DNA of 55,506 nt from Acidobacteriota bacterium (GTDB lineage Bacteria > Acidobacteriota > Thermoanaerobaculia > Multivoradales > JAGPDF01), in assembly GCA_017860005.1 (NCBI GenBank), contig JAFNAE010000002.1, positions 1 to 55,506 of the forward strand, read 5' to 3'. The notes beneath the pieces were generated by a model, which was not told the origin of the DNA, made no database searches, and saw only the letters and a list, made by a program, of their open reading frames with translations. Position numbers and translations under genes: made by a program. Positions 1 through 8,469 of the stretch are shown here, in pieces; position 1 is the stretch's first letter; each line of letters begins with the position of its first letter.

Positions 1-12
1 AACAGCACGACT

Positions 13-36
13 TTGTCTTTGTCTCTGTCTTCGTCT
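13..36. repeat. Hexanucleotide microsatellite (YYGTCT)x4 in a short low-GC patch at the window edge
   Basis: Read directly: TTGTCT TTGTCT CTGTCT TCGTCT at 13-36, with another TTGTCT at 51-56. Bases 1-55 are far less GC-rich than the rest of the window. The patch lies just 3' of the response-regulator stop (TAA, 56-58, minus strand). Confidence 0.7.
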
Positions 37-55
37 TGAACAGAAAGGCCTTGTC

Positions 56-751
56 TTACGCCCCCTGCCCGCCGTCGGGCTCGAAGCGGTAGCCCTCGCC
101 GGCGTCGGTCACGAGGTAGCGCGGCGAGGCCGGGTCGGGCTCGATCTTGAGGCGCAGCCGGTGGACGAGCTGCTTGAGCAGCTGCCGGTCGCCCTCGCCG
201 CGCCCGCCCCAGACGTGGACGAGCAGCCGCTCGGCCGGCACCGTCTCCCGCGCGCGCGCCACCAGGTACTGGAGCAGGCGCAGCTCGAGCGGGGTCAGGC
301 GTACCGGCGGCGCGCCGGCCACGGTGGCGAGGCGCCGCTCGAGGTCGACCGAGAGCGCGCCCGCCTCGAGCGGCTCGGGCCGCTCGATGCCCGCGCGGCG
401 GAGCACCGCGCGCACGCGCGCGAGCAGCGTGCGCGGCGAGAACGGCTTGGTCAGGTAGTCGTCGGCGCCCAGATCGAGCGCGCGCACGACATCTTCCTCG
501 GCCGCGCGCACCGAGAGGACGAGGATGGGGCGGGACGCCGGGTCGCCGCCACGCAGACGGGAGACCAGGTCCAGGCCGTCGGCGTCGGGCAGGTTGAGGT
601 CGAGCACCACCAGGTCGGGCCGCTCGGCCGCGGCCGCGGCGAGCGCTCCGGCGCCGTCCCTGGCCTCCACCACGAAGTAGCCGGCGCCGCGCAGCGCGAA
701 GGCCAGGATGGCGCGCAGGTCGGCGTCGTCGTCCACCACCAGCAGCTTCAC
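56..751 (-). CDS. OmpR/PhoB-family response regulator (231 aa)
   Basis: Last 231 codons of track ORF 56..1588, with a GTG start at 751 (VKLLVVDDD). Receiver domain (DLVVLDLNLPDADG, TKPF) plus winged-helix output (LTPLELRLLQYL ... GYRF). GTGA overlap with the kinase stop at 748-750. Confidence 0.9.
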   Translation of the reverse strand: MKLLVVDDDADLRAILAFALRGAGYFVVEARDGAGALAAAAAERPDLVVLDLNLPDADGLDLVSRLRGGDPASRPILVLSVRAAEEDVVRALDLGADDYLTKPFSPRTLLARVRAVLRRAGIERPEPLEAGALSVDLERRLATVAGAPPVRLTPLELRLLQYLVARARETVPAERLLVHVWGGRGEGDRQLLKQLVHRLRLKIEPDPASPRYLVTDAGEGYRFEPDGGQGA

Positions 752-2454
752 GTCGCCCCCCGGGCCGGCAGCTCGGCGGTGACGCGCGTGCGTCCGTCCG
801 CGCGCGTCACCGCGAGCGAGCCGCCGTGGCGCTCGAGGATCGAGCGGCAGATCCAGAGCCCGAGCCCGCTGCCCTCCTGGCGCGGCTCGGACGGTCCGCG
901 CCGGAAGCGCGCCGCAGCGCGCGGCGCCGGCTCTTGGAAGCCCGGGCCTTCGTCCTCGACCCAGAGCCCGATCCGCTCGCCGTCCGCGGTCGCGCCGAGG
1001 CGCACCGTCGATCCTTCCGGGCCGTACTTGGAGGCGTTGGAGAGCAGGTTCACGAGCACCTGGCCCAGCCGCTGCGGGTCGCCGGTCAGCGCCGGCGGCG
1101 GATGGGGCAGCTCGACCTCGAGGCGCTGGCGCCGCCTGCCGGCGAGCGGCCGCGTCATCGCCACCGCCTCCTCGAACACCTCCTCGAGGTCCACCGGCAC
1201 GTGCCGCACCGAGAGCTGCCCGGACTCGATGCGCACGCTCTCGAGCAGGTTGTCGATCAGGCGGCGCAGGCGCGCGGTGCCGGCCTCGAGGGCGAGCACC
1301 AGGTCGAGCGCATGCGGGTCCGACTCCGTGACGCGCTCGCGCAGCAGCTCGAGCGACGCGCCCTGCGCCGCGAGCGGGGTCTGGAGCTCGTGGGAGAGGT
1401 CGGCGACCGCGGCGTCGCGCGCGCGCTGCGCGGCCTCGACCTGCGATTCCTCGCGCAGGATCAGCACCTGGAGCCCACCGGAGGGCGCCGACGCCCCGAT
1501 CACGACGGGGCGCGCCGGCTCGCCCGCCGCCTCGAGCAGCTCGACCGCGTGCGACGCGCCGCGGAAGCGCGCGTGCAGGATCGGACAAGCGTCGTCGCAG
1601 GGCCGCACGCCGTCCACCGCCTGCGGGCGCAGCAGGTCGCCGCAGAAGCGGCCGACGGCCTGCGACGGTTCCACGCCCAGCAGCGCGGCGGCCGGCACGC
1701 TCAGGTAGCGGACGCGCCGATCGCGATCGACCGCCACCACGCCCTCGGCGATGCCGGCGACGACCGACTCGAGCTCGGAGCGGCGGCGCTCGAGCTCGGC
1801 GCCCGCCTCGGCGAGGCGCACGCGCGCGCGCTCGAGCGTCGCGCCCAGCGCCGCCGTCTCCGTGCCGCCTGGGGACGGGATCGGCCGCCCGAGCTCGCCG
1901 GCCTCGAGGCGCTCCGCCGCGCGCGCGAGCTGCGCCAGCGGGCCTCCGAGCCGGCGCGCTGCGAACGCGGCGGTCAACGCCGCGGCGAGCGCGACCAGGA
2001 GCGACGCCGCCAGCACGCGCGCCGCAAAGCGGCGCACCGGCGCCTCGACCGCCGCGGCCGGAATGCGGGCCTCGAGCACGCCCGGCGACGGTTCGCCGGT
2101 CAGGGCGCGCACCGCGACCGCGCCCACCTCGGCGTCGACGATGCTCGCCGCCCCGCCGCCTTCGAGCGCCTCGCGCCAGAGCGGCACGCGCGGGTCGTCG
2201 AAGGCGCCCGCGATCTCGGCCCGGTCGCGCACGGCAACCTCCACGCCGGTCCCGGCCTCGAACAGCTCCGGATCGAGCCCGCGTGCCCGCGCGCCCAGGG
2301 CGCGCTCGGCGGCGCGCTCGGCGCGCGCCAGCGCCTCCTCGTGCGAGAGGCGCGCGACCATGAAGTAGGAGACTCCGGCAGTGGCGACGATGGCGGCGGC
2401 GACCAGGCCCAGCGCCCAGACGGTCAGCCCGAGGCGGAAGCTCCAGCGCGCCAC
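748..2454 (-). CDS. Membrane sensor histidine kinase (568 aa)
   Basis: Two TM helices flank a ~110-aa periplasmic loop. These are followed by a HAMP-like linker, a PAS-like segment with Cys271/Cys286/Cys290, the H-box LSHELQTPL, and an HATPase_c domain (NLLSNASKY, GSGLGLWICRSI). GTG start 14 nt after the cysW stop. Confidence 0.9.
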   Translation of the reverse strand: MARWSFRLGLTVWALGLVAAAIVATAGVSYFMVARLSHEEALARAERAAERALGARARGLDPELFEAGTGVEVAVRDRAEIAGAFDDPRVPLWREALEGGGAASIVDAEVGAVAVRALTGEPSPGVLEARIPAAAVEAPVRRFAARVLAASLLVALAAALTAAFAARRLGGPLAQLARAAERLEAGELGRPIPSPGGTETAALGATLERARVRLAEAGAELERRRSELESVVAGIAEGVVAVDRDRRVRYLSVPAAALLGVEPSQAVGRFCGDLLRPQAVDGVRPCDDACPILHARFRGASHAVELLEAAGEPARPVVIGASAPSGGLQVLILREESQVEAAQRARDAAVADLSHELQTPLAAQGASLELLRERVTESDPHALDLVLALEAGTARLRRLIDNLLESVRIESGQLSVRHVPVDLEEVFEEAVAMTRPLAGRRRQRLEVELPHPPPALTGDPQRLGQVLVNLLSNASKYGPEGSTVRLGATADGERIGLWVEDEGPGFQEPAPRAAARFRRGPSEPRQEGSGLGLWICRSILERHGGSLAVTRADGRTRVTAELPARGAT

Positions 2455-2468
2455 GGCGAGAGGCTATC

Positions 2469-3299
2469 TCAGCCGTCGCGCAGGCGGCGCGCGAGGCCCG
2501 CCTGCGCCGCGAGCGTCACCAGGGCGAGGAGGGTGAGCAGCGACGCGACTGCGAAGGCGGCCGCGAACTGGTACTCGTTGTAGAGGATCTCGACGTGGAG
2601 CGGGATCGTGTTGGTCCTGCCGCGGATGTGCCCTGAGACCACCGACACCGCGCCGAACTCGCCCATCGCGCGCGCGTTGGTGAGGATCAGCCCGTAGAGC
2701 AGCGCCCAGCGGATCTTGGGCAGGGTGACCCAGAGGAAGGTCTTCCAGCCCGAGGCGCCCAAGGTGAGCGCTGCCTCCTCCTCCGCCGCGCCCTGCGACT
2801 CCATGAGAGGGATCAGCTGGCGCGCCACGAACGGCAGGGTGACGAAGAGCGTCGCCAGCACGATGCCCGGCAGCGCGAAGAGGATCCTCACCCCCCGCTC
2901 GGTGAGCCAGGGACCGAGCAGGCCCTGGGCCCCGAACAGGAGCACGAAGAGCATGCCCGCGACCACCGGGGAGACGCTGAACGGCAGGTCGATGAGCGTG
3001 ACCAGGAGCTGCTTGCCCCGGAACCGGAAGCGCGCGACCGCCCAGGCCGCCGCCAGGCCGAAGGCGGTGTTGAGCGGCACCACGATCGCGGCGACGATCA
3101 CGGTCAGCTTCACCGCGGCCAGCGCCATCGGCTCGCGGATGGCGGCGGCGTAGACCTGCCAGCCCTTCGAGAACGCCTGCGCGAAGACCGCGGCCACGGG
3201 CACCGCGAGGAACAGCGCGAGGAAGCCGAGGGCGAGCGCGCACAGCGTCCAGCGCAGCCACGCCGGCTCGGCGCGCGGATCCCGGAAGTGCCCGCTCAC
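2469..3299 (-). CDS. cysW: Sulfate ABC transporter permease CysW (276 aa)
   Basis: Polytopic ABC permease containing [25 protein letters not shown]. It is second in the permease pair after sbp-cysT. ATGA overlap with the cysT stop. Confidence 0.9.
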   Translation of the reverse strand: MSGHFRDPRAEPAWLRWTLCALALGFLALFLAVPVAAVFAQAFSKGWQVYAAAIREPMALAAVKLTVIVAAIVVPLNTAFGLAAAWAVARFRFRGKQLLVTLIDLPFSVSPVVAGMLFVLLFGAQGLLGPWLTERGVRILFALPGIVLATLFVTLPFVARQLIPLMESQGAAEEEAALTLGASGWKTFLWVTLPKIRWALLYGLILTNARAMGEFGAVSVVSGHIRGRTNTIPLHVEILYNEYQFAAAFAVASLLTLLALVTLAAQAGLARRLRDG

Positions 3300-4126
3300 C
3301 GCGCCGCTCCCGGACGCGACCCGCGCGCCAGCCGGTTGAGGGTCAGCAGGAGCAGGAAGGAGGCGGCGAGGAAGACGAGCGCGATCGCGGTGGCGCCCGC
3401 GTAGTCGTACTCCTCGAGGCGCACCATGATGAGCAGGGCCGTGATCTCGGACTTCATCGGCAGGTTGCCGGCGATGAAGATCACCGAGCCGTACTCGCCC
3501 AGCCCGCGCGCGAGCGCGAGCACGAAGCCGGTGGCGGCCGCGGGCGCGAGCTCGGGCAGGACCACCCGGCGCAGCGTGGCGAGCCGGCCGGCGCCGAGCG
3601 TCGCGGCCGCCTCCTCGAGCGCCGGGTCGAGGTCGGCGAGCACCGGCTGCACCGTCCGGACCACGAAGGGCAGGCCGATGAAGGTGAGCGCGACCACGAC
3701 CCCGAGCGGCGTATAGGCGATCTTGACGCCCAGCGGCTCGAGCCAGCGGCCGATCCAGCCGTTGGGGGCGTAGACCGCCGCGAGCGCGATGCCGGCCACC
3801 GCGGTCGGCAGCGCGAACGGCAGGTCGACCAGCGCGTCGACGACCCTGCGGCCCGGGAAGCGGTAGCGCTCGAGCACCCAGGCGACGAGCACGCCGAAGA
3901 CGAGGTTGATCGCGGCCGCCAACGCGGCGGCGCCGAAGGTCAGCCGGTACGAGGCGAGAGCGCGCGCCGAGGTGGCGAGCTCCCAGATCCGCTCGAGCGG
4001 CAGCGACGCCGTGCGCAGGACGACGGTCGCCAGCGGGACCAGGACGAGGAGCGCGAGGTAGAGCAGCGTGACGCCGAGCGAGAGCCCGAAGCCCGGCAGC
4101 GCCCCGCGCTCCGCGCGCCCGGTCAC
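3296..4126 (-). CDS. cysT: Sulfate ABC transporter permease CysT/CysU (276 aa)
   Basis: GTG at 4126 ([19 protein letters not shown]). [26 protein letters not shown] is nearly colinear with E. coli CysU as I remember it. The upstream part of track ORF 3296..4639 is an R/A/G-rich shadow. GTGA overlap with the sbp stop. Confidence 0.85.
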   Translation of the reverse strand: MTGRAERGALPGFGLSLGVTLLYLALLVLVPLATVVLRTASLPLERIWELATSARALASYRLTFGAAALAAAINLVFGVLVAWVLERYRFPGRRVVDALVDLPFALPTAVAGIALAAVYAPNGWIGRWLEPLGVKIAYTPLGVVVALTFIGLPFVVRTVQPVLADLDPALEEAAATLGAGRLATLRRVVLPELAPAAATGFVLALARGLGEYGSVIFIAGNLPMKSEITALLIMVRLEEYDYAGATAIALVFLAASFLLLLTLNRLARGSRPGAAR

Positions 4127-5139
4127 CGCCCGCCGCCTCCGAGCCGGTCGAACTCCCCGCCCTCGGCGAAGTGACGCTGCTGGGCCTTCGCCCAGCCGCC
4201 GAACACCTCGTCGATGGTGAACAGCGAGACGCCCGGGAAGCGTGCCGCGTGCCGCGCCGCGACCTGCGGATCGCGCGGCCGGTAGAAGTGCTTCGCGGCC
4301 AGCTCCTGCCCCTCGGGACCGTAGAGGTACTCGAGATAGGCCTGCGCCAACTCGCGCGTGCCGTGGCGGCGGGCGACGGCGTCCACCACCGCCACCGACG
4401 GCTCGGCCAGGATCGACTCGGACGGCACGACGATCTCGAAGCGGCCGGCGCCGAACTCCTCGAGCGAGAGCAGCGCCTCGTTCTCCCAGGCCAGCAGCAC
4501 GTCGCCGATGCCGCGCTCGACGAAGGTCACGGTGGAGCCCCGCGCGCCGGTGTCGAGCACCGGCACGTTGCCGAAGATCCCGGCCACCAGCCTGCGCGCG
4601 GCCTCTTCCGAGCCGTGTTTGTGCAGCGCGTATCCCCACGCCGCCAGGTAGTTCCAGCGCGCGCCGCCCGAGGTCTTCGGATTCGGGGTGATCACCGAGA
4701 TCCCGGGCCGCGCCAGGTCGTCCCAGTCGCGGATCTTCTTCGGGTTGCCCGCGCGCACCAGGAAGACGATGGTCGAGGTGTAGGGCGCGCTGTTGTGGGG
4801 CAGGCGCTTCTGCCAGTCGGCCGGCAGCAGGCCGACGCGCGCGATGGCGTCGATGTCGCCCGCCAGCGCGAGCGTCACCACGTCGGCCTCCAGGCCGTCG
4901 ATCACCGAGCGCGCCTGCTTGCCCGAGCCGCCGTGGGACTGCTGGATCCGGACCTCCTGCCCGGTCTTCGCCTTCCAGTGGCTGGCGAACGAGGCGTTGA
5001 GCTCCTGGTAGAGCTCGCGCGTCGGGTCGTAGGAGACGTTGAGCATCTCGACCGGCCCGGCGCCGAAGGCGGACGGGGCGGTCAGCGCGCCCGCGAGGAG
5101 CGACGCGCTCAGGGTGGTGAGGACTCGATTCCTGGTCAT
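4123..5139 (-). CDS. sbp: Periplasmic sulfate/thiosulfate-binding protein (338 aa)
   Basis: ATG at 5139 with GGAG upstream, and a signal peptide. [11 protein letters not shown] ... [27 protein letters not shown] matches Sbp/CysP. Confidence 0.9.
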   Translation of the reverse strand: MTRNRVLTTLSASLLAGALTAPSAFGAGPVEMLNVSYDPTRELYQELNASFASHWKAKTGQEVRIQQSHGGSGKQARSVIDGLEADVVTLALAGDIDAIARVGLLPADWQKRLPHNSAPYTSTIVFLVRAGNPKKIRDWDDLARPGISVITPNPKTSGGARWNYLAAWGYALHKHGSEEAARRLVAGIFGNVPVLDTGARGSTVTFVERGIGDVLLAWENEALLSLEEFGAGRFEIVVPSESILAEPSVAVVDAVARRHGTRELAQAYLEYLYGPEGQELAAKHFYRPRDPQVAARHAARFPGVSLFTIDEVFGGWAKAQQRHFAEGGEFDRLGGGGR

Positions 5140-5162
5140 GGCGACTCTCCGTTCCTCGGCGA

Positions 5163-6554
5163 TCAGAAGTTGAGCTGGACGCGGGTCAGGAGGGCCTGCT
5201 CGGTCTCGCGATCGCCGCCGGAGCCGCCTCCTTCGAAGGTCGTGTGCTGATAGTCCACGACGAGCTTGACGGCGCGGTTGAGCGACCAGCCCAGGCTGGC
5301 GCCCGAGTTGGCGATGCGCGCGACCGAACGGGTCGGGTCGGCGAAGAGGGGGAAGGCGTCGCGGTCGGCCTCGAGCTCGCCGTACCGGATCGAGAGCAGG
5401 AGCCCGCCCCACCCCCTCGCCTTCGGGTCGAACGGCCGCCGTGGCACGGCGCCGCGTTCGGTGACGCTCTCCCCGGTGATCGCCCACAGGCCTGCGACCT
5501 GCCAGGCGCGGTGGACGAGCTCCGCGCTCGCGGCGTCGAGGCGCACCTCCTGCCGGCTCTCGGTCCACTCCGCGAACACCAGCCAGGGGCCCGAATAGAG
5601 CCACATCTGGGGCGCGAGCCGGACGCGCTGCCCGTCGGCGACCGCGGTGCCCGCCCCGGTGCCGTCGTTGCGGTAGGTGAAGACGGGCTGCAGGGAGGGG
5701 CTCCGGTAGGAGGGCAGGTTCGGCGCGCTCGCGGTGCCGCTCTGGTCGCCGTAGCTCGCGCCGACGCCGAAGGCGAGACCGACCGGCGCCGGGGGCTCGC
5801 TCGCCGGGCGCTGGAAGGGGCGGAACATCAGGCGCGCGGCGAAGTCCTTGTCGTCGGAGTTGTCGCCGTCGCCGCTGGCGCCGTCCGGCACGCCATTGAA
5901 GACGCCGACCGCGTAGACCAGCCTCCCGCCGAGCGGCTCGCCGGTCAGCTGGAGGCCCAGGTCACGCACCGGGGCGAGGTTCGACGGCAGGCCGCGCTCG
6001 ACGAAGGGCAGGTTGGCGTCCTCGAGCAGCGCCTCGAGCCCGACCGGGACCTTCGCCTTGCCCGCCCGCAGCCGGACCGCGCTGGAGAACCTGAGATCGA
6101 GGTACGCGTCCTGGAGGACCGAGCTGCCGAGCCCGAAGTCCGGCATCACCTTGAAGTCGACGATCTTCCACAGCGTTCCCTCGAGGATCGGCCGCGCCCG
6201 GCGCAGGACGAAGGTGTCGTGGATCGGCCGCTCGTCGTCGCCGAAGAAGAAGCGGCCGTCCTCCTGGACGAGCGCCCGCAGGCGGAGCTGGAAGGCGCCG
6301 TCGGCGCTCCGGAGGCCGAAGCCGTCGGCGCCCGCGGTCACGGCGGGCGCGGTCTTCGCCCTCTCGGCTGCCTGTTCCTCGGCCAGCTCCAGCTTGCGCT
6401 CGACGACGCGCAGGCGCTGCTCGAGATCGTCGGGGCTCGCGGCCGCGGCGGGTGCGGACGGTTCGGCGGGTTCGGCGGGTTCGGGTTGCTGCGCGACGGC
6501 GGGCGCGCCCAGCAGCAGGCAGGCCAGCGCCAGGTTCGGGATTCCGTGTCTCAC
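5163..6554 (-). CDS. Anion-selective porin, OprO/OprP (phosphate-selective porin O and P) family (463 aa)
   Basis: GTG start with AAGGAG 7 nt upstream. Signal peptide, N-terminal coiled-coil ([18 protein letters not shown]), beta-strand-rich body and terminal aromatic residue (VQLNF). Embedded inside the sulfate operon. Confidence 0.8.
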   Translation of the reverse strand: MRHGIPNLALACLLLGAPAVAQQPEPAEPAEPSAPAAAASPDDLEQRLRVVERKLELAEEQAAERAKTAPAVTAGADGFGLRSADGAFQLRLRALVQEDGRFFFGDDERPIHDTFVLRRARPILEGTLWKIVDFKVMPDFGLGSSVLQDAYLDLRFSSAVRLRAGKAKVPVGLEALLEDANLPFVERGLPSNLAPVRDLGLQLTGEPLGGRLVYAVGVFNGVPDGASGDGDNSDDKDFAARLMFRPFQRPASEPPAPVGLAFGVGASYGDQSGTASAPNLPSYRSPSLQPVFTYRNDGTGAGTAVADGQRVRLAPQMWLYSGPWLVFAEWTESRQEVRLDAASAELVHRAWQVAGLWAITGESVTERGAVPRRPFDPKARGWGGLLLSIRYGELEADRDAFPLFADPTRSVARIANSGASLGWSLNRAVKLVVDYQHTTFEGGGSGGDRETEQALLTRVQLNF

Positions 6555-6600
6555 GTGGAGTCTCCTTCGAAATCGCAGGGCGGAGTCCGGCGCGCGCCGC

Positions 6601-8370
6601 TCATCGCCGCTCCGCCGCCCACTCGGCGGCGCGCGAGCGCACGATCAGGACCGGATGTCCGCGCAACGCGTCGAGCACGGCGCGCGCCGCGCGGCCCCAG
6701 CGCACGCGCCCCGCCTCGTCGGCCAGCGGCGAGCCGAGCACGAGCAGGTCGTGCCCCGCACCGAGCCGCGTGCCCACCGCCGCCGCGAGATCGCCTTCCA
6801 CCACCTCGGCGGCCGCCGACACGCCCCAGCGCTCGAGCGTGCGCACGCAGCCGGAGGTGAAGCGCTCCGCGATCCGGCGCCCGGACTCGTCGGTCCCGAC
6901 CTCGAGCGCGGTCAGCACGGTCGCCGGCGAGCCCAGATGGCGCGCCAGCCGGCCCACGAAATCGACGTCCTCCTTGCCCGGCTCGCCCACCGCCACGGCC
7001 ACCAGGAATCGCTCCGGCGGCAGCGCGCGCGGCTGGTCGACCAGCAGCAGGTGGGCCTCGCCCGCCGCGGCGAGCAGGGCCCCGATCCCCTCGCCCGGCC
7101 GGGCGGGCAGCGGCGCGACGACCAGGTCCACGGGCTCGCGCGCGAGCCGCTCCGGCAGCTCGGCGGCCGTGGCCACGCCGTCGCAGCGCGCCTGGGTGAG
7201 GCGCGCCAGCTCGGCCGCGCTGGCCGCCGCGGGCCCGGCGCCCACCGACACGAAGGAGAGCCCGGGATGGCGCAGCGCATGCAGCCGGCGGATGCCGACC
7301 CAGACCTCGTCGCCGGCGCCGAGCGGCTCGCTGCGCGCCACGTTCTGCGGGCGCACGACGTCCACCGCGACGTGGGTGCCGCCGAAGGGCGCGGGCGGGT
7401 GGATCACGCGCACTCCGGGCAGCGCGGGCAGGAGCACGCGCACCCGCTCCGAGGAGCCGACGAACGCGACCTCCTCGACCCGGGCCCGGCCCAGCACCGG
7501 GTGGCTGAGCTCCTCGCGCGCGCCGCGCAGGGCGATGTCCTCGGGACGCACCAGGACCTGGACACGCTGGCGCGACCCCGCGCTGCGCACGCCGCCCGGC
7601 AGCGCCATCTCGACCTGCCCCAGCCGCACTCCGGCGGGCGAGCTCTCGCCCACCCAGAGGTTGGCCCCGCCCAGGAAGGTGGCGACGAACTCGGTCTGGG
7701 GGCGCAGGTAGAGCTCGTCGGGCGGACCCTCCTCGACCAGACGCCCCTGGGCCAGCACGGCCACCCGATCGGCGAGCTCGAAGGCCTCCTCCTGGTCGTG
7801 GGTGACGAACAGCGTGGTCACCGCGAGCTCGCGCTGGATCGCGTGCAGGCTGCGTCTCAGGTCGGCACGGATGCGCGCGTCGAGGGCGCCGAACGGCTCG
7901 TCGAGCAGCAGCACGCGCGGCCGGTGCGCGAGGGCGCGCGCCAGCGCGACGCGCTGCTGCTGGCCGCCCGAGAGCTGGCTCGGCAGGCGCGCGCCGAGGC
8001 CGGCGAGGCCGACCAGGTCGAGCAGCTCCTCGCGCCGGCGCCGGCGCTCGGCGCCGGGCACGCCCGGCACGCGCAGCGCGAACTCGACGTTCTCGGCCAC
8101 CGTCATGCGCCGGAACAGGGCGTAGCTCTGGAAGACGAAGCCGCAGTCCCGGCGCTGCGCCGGCACGCCGGTCAGGTCGCGGCCGTCGAGCAGGATTCGT
8201 CCCGAGTCGGGCTCGGCGAGGCCGGCGATCAGGCGCAACACCGTGCTCTTGCCGCTCCCCGAGGGCCCGAGCAGGACGCAGAGCCCGCCCGGGGCGACCT
8301 CGAGCGAGACGTTGGAGACGACCGAACGGCCCTCGTACCGCTTGGTGAGCTGCTCGAGCCGGATCGACAT
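6601..8370 (-). CDS. cysA: Sulfate ABC transporter ATPase CysA fused to a C-terminal universal-stress-protein (USP) module (589 aa)
   Basis: Walker A GPSGSGKST, signature LSGGQQQR, Walker B LLLDEPFGALD, and a TOBE-like regulatory segment to about residue 365. The last ~225 aa then form a USP-like module (RFLVAVAVGEPGKEDVDF ... DLLVLGSPL ... HPVLIVRS), preceded by a degenerate half-USP. Confidence 0.85.
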   Translation of the reverse strand: MSIRLEQLTKRYEGRSVVSNVSLEVAPGGLCVLLGPSGSGKSTVLRLIAGLAEPDSGRILLDGRDLTGVPAQRRDCGFVFQSYALFRRMTVAENVEFALRVPGVPGAERRRRREELLDLVGLAGLGARLPSQLSGGQQQRVALARALAHRPRVLLLDEPFGALDARIRADLRRSLHAIQRELAVTTLFVTHDQEEAFELADRVAVLAQGRLVEEGPPDELYLRPQTEFVATFLGGANLWVGESSPAGVRLGQVEMALPGGVRSAGSRQRVQVLVRPEDIALRGAREELSHPVLGRARVEEVAFVGSSERVRVLLPALPGVRVIHPPAPFGGTHVAVDVVRPQNVARSEPLGAGDEVWVGIRRLHALRHPGLSFVSVGAGPAAASAAELARLTQARCDGVATAAELPERLAREPVDLVVAPLPARPGEGIGALLAAAGEAHLLLVDQPRALPPERFLVAVAVGEPGKEDVDFVGRLARHLGSPATVLTALEVGTDESGRRIAERFTSGCVRTLERWGVSAAAEVVEGDLAAAVGTRLGAGHDLLVLGSPLADEAGRVRWGRAARAVLDALRGHPVLIVRSRAAEWAAERR

Positions 8371-8392
8371 GCGAGAGCGACGCTACCGGCCG

Positions 8393-8424
8393 CGCGGTGA
8401 CGGCGTCAGTCGCGCCGCGGTGAC
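8393..8424. promoter_or_regulatory. Direct repeat CGCGGTGAC x2 (23-nt period) upstream of cysA; candidate regulator site
   Basis: Identical 9-mers at 8393-8401 and 8416-8424, in the 99-nt gap upstream of the cysA start (8370, minus strand). Confidence 0.3.
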
Positions 8425-8469
8425 GAACGCGGGCGGCTCTGGAACCTCACCCGCGGCGGCGGGAGCCGG

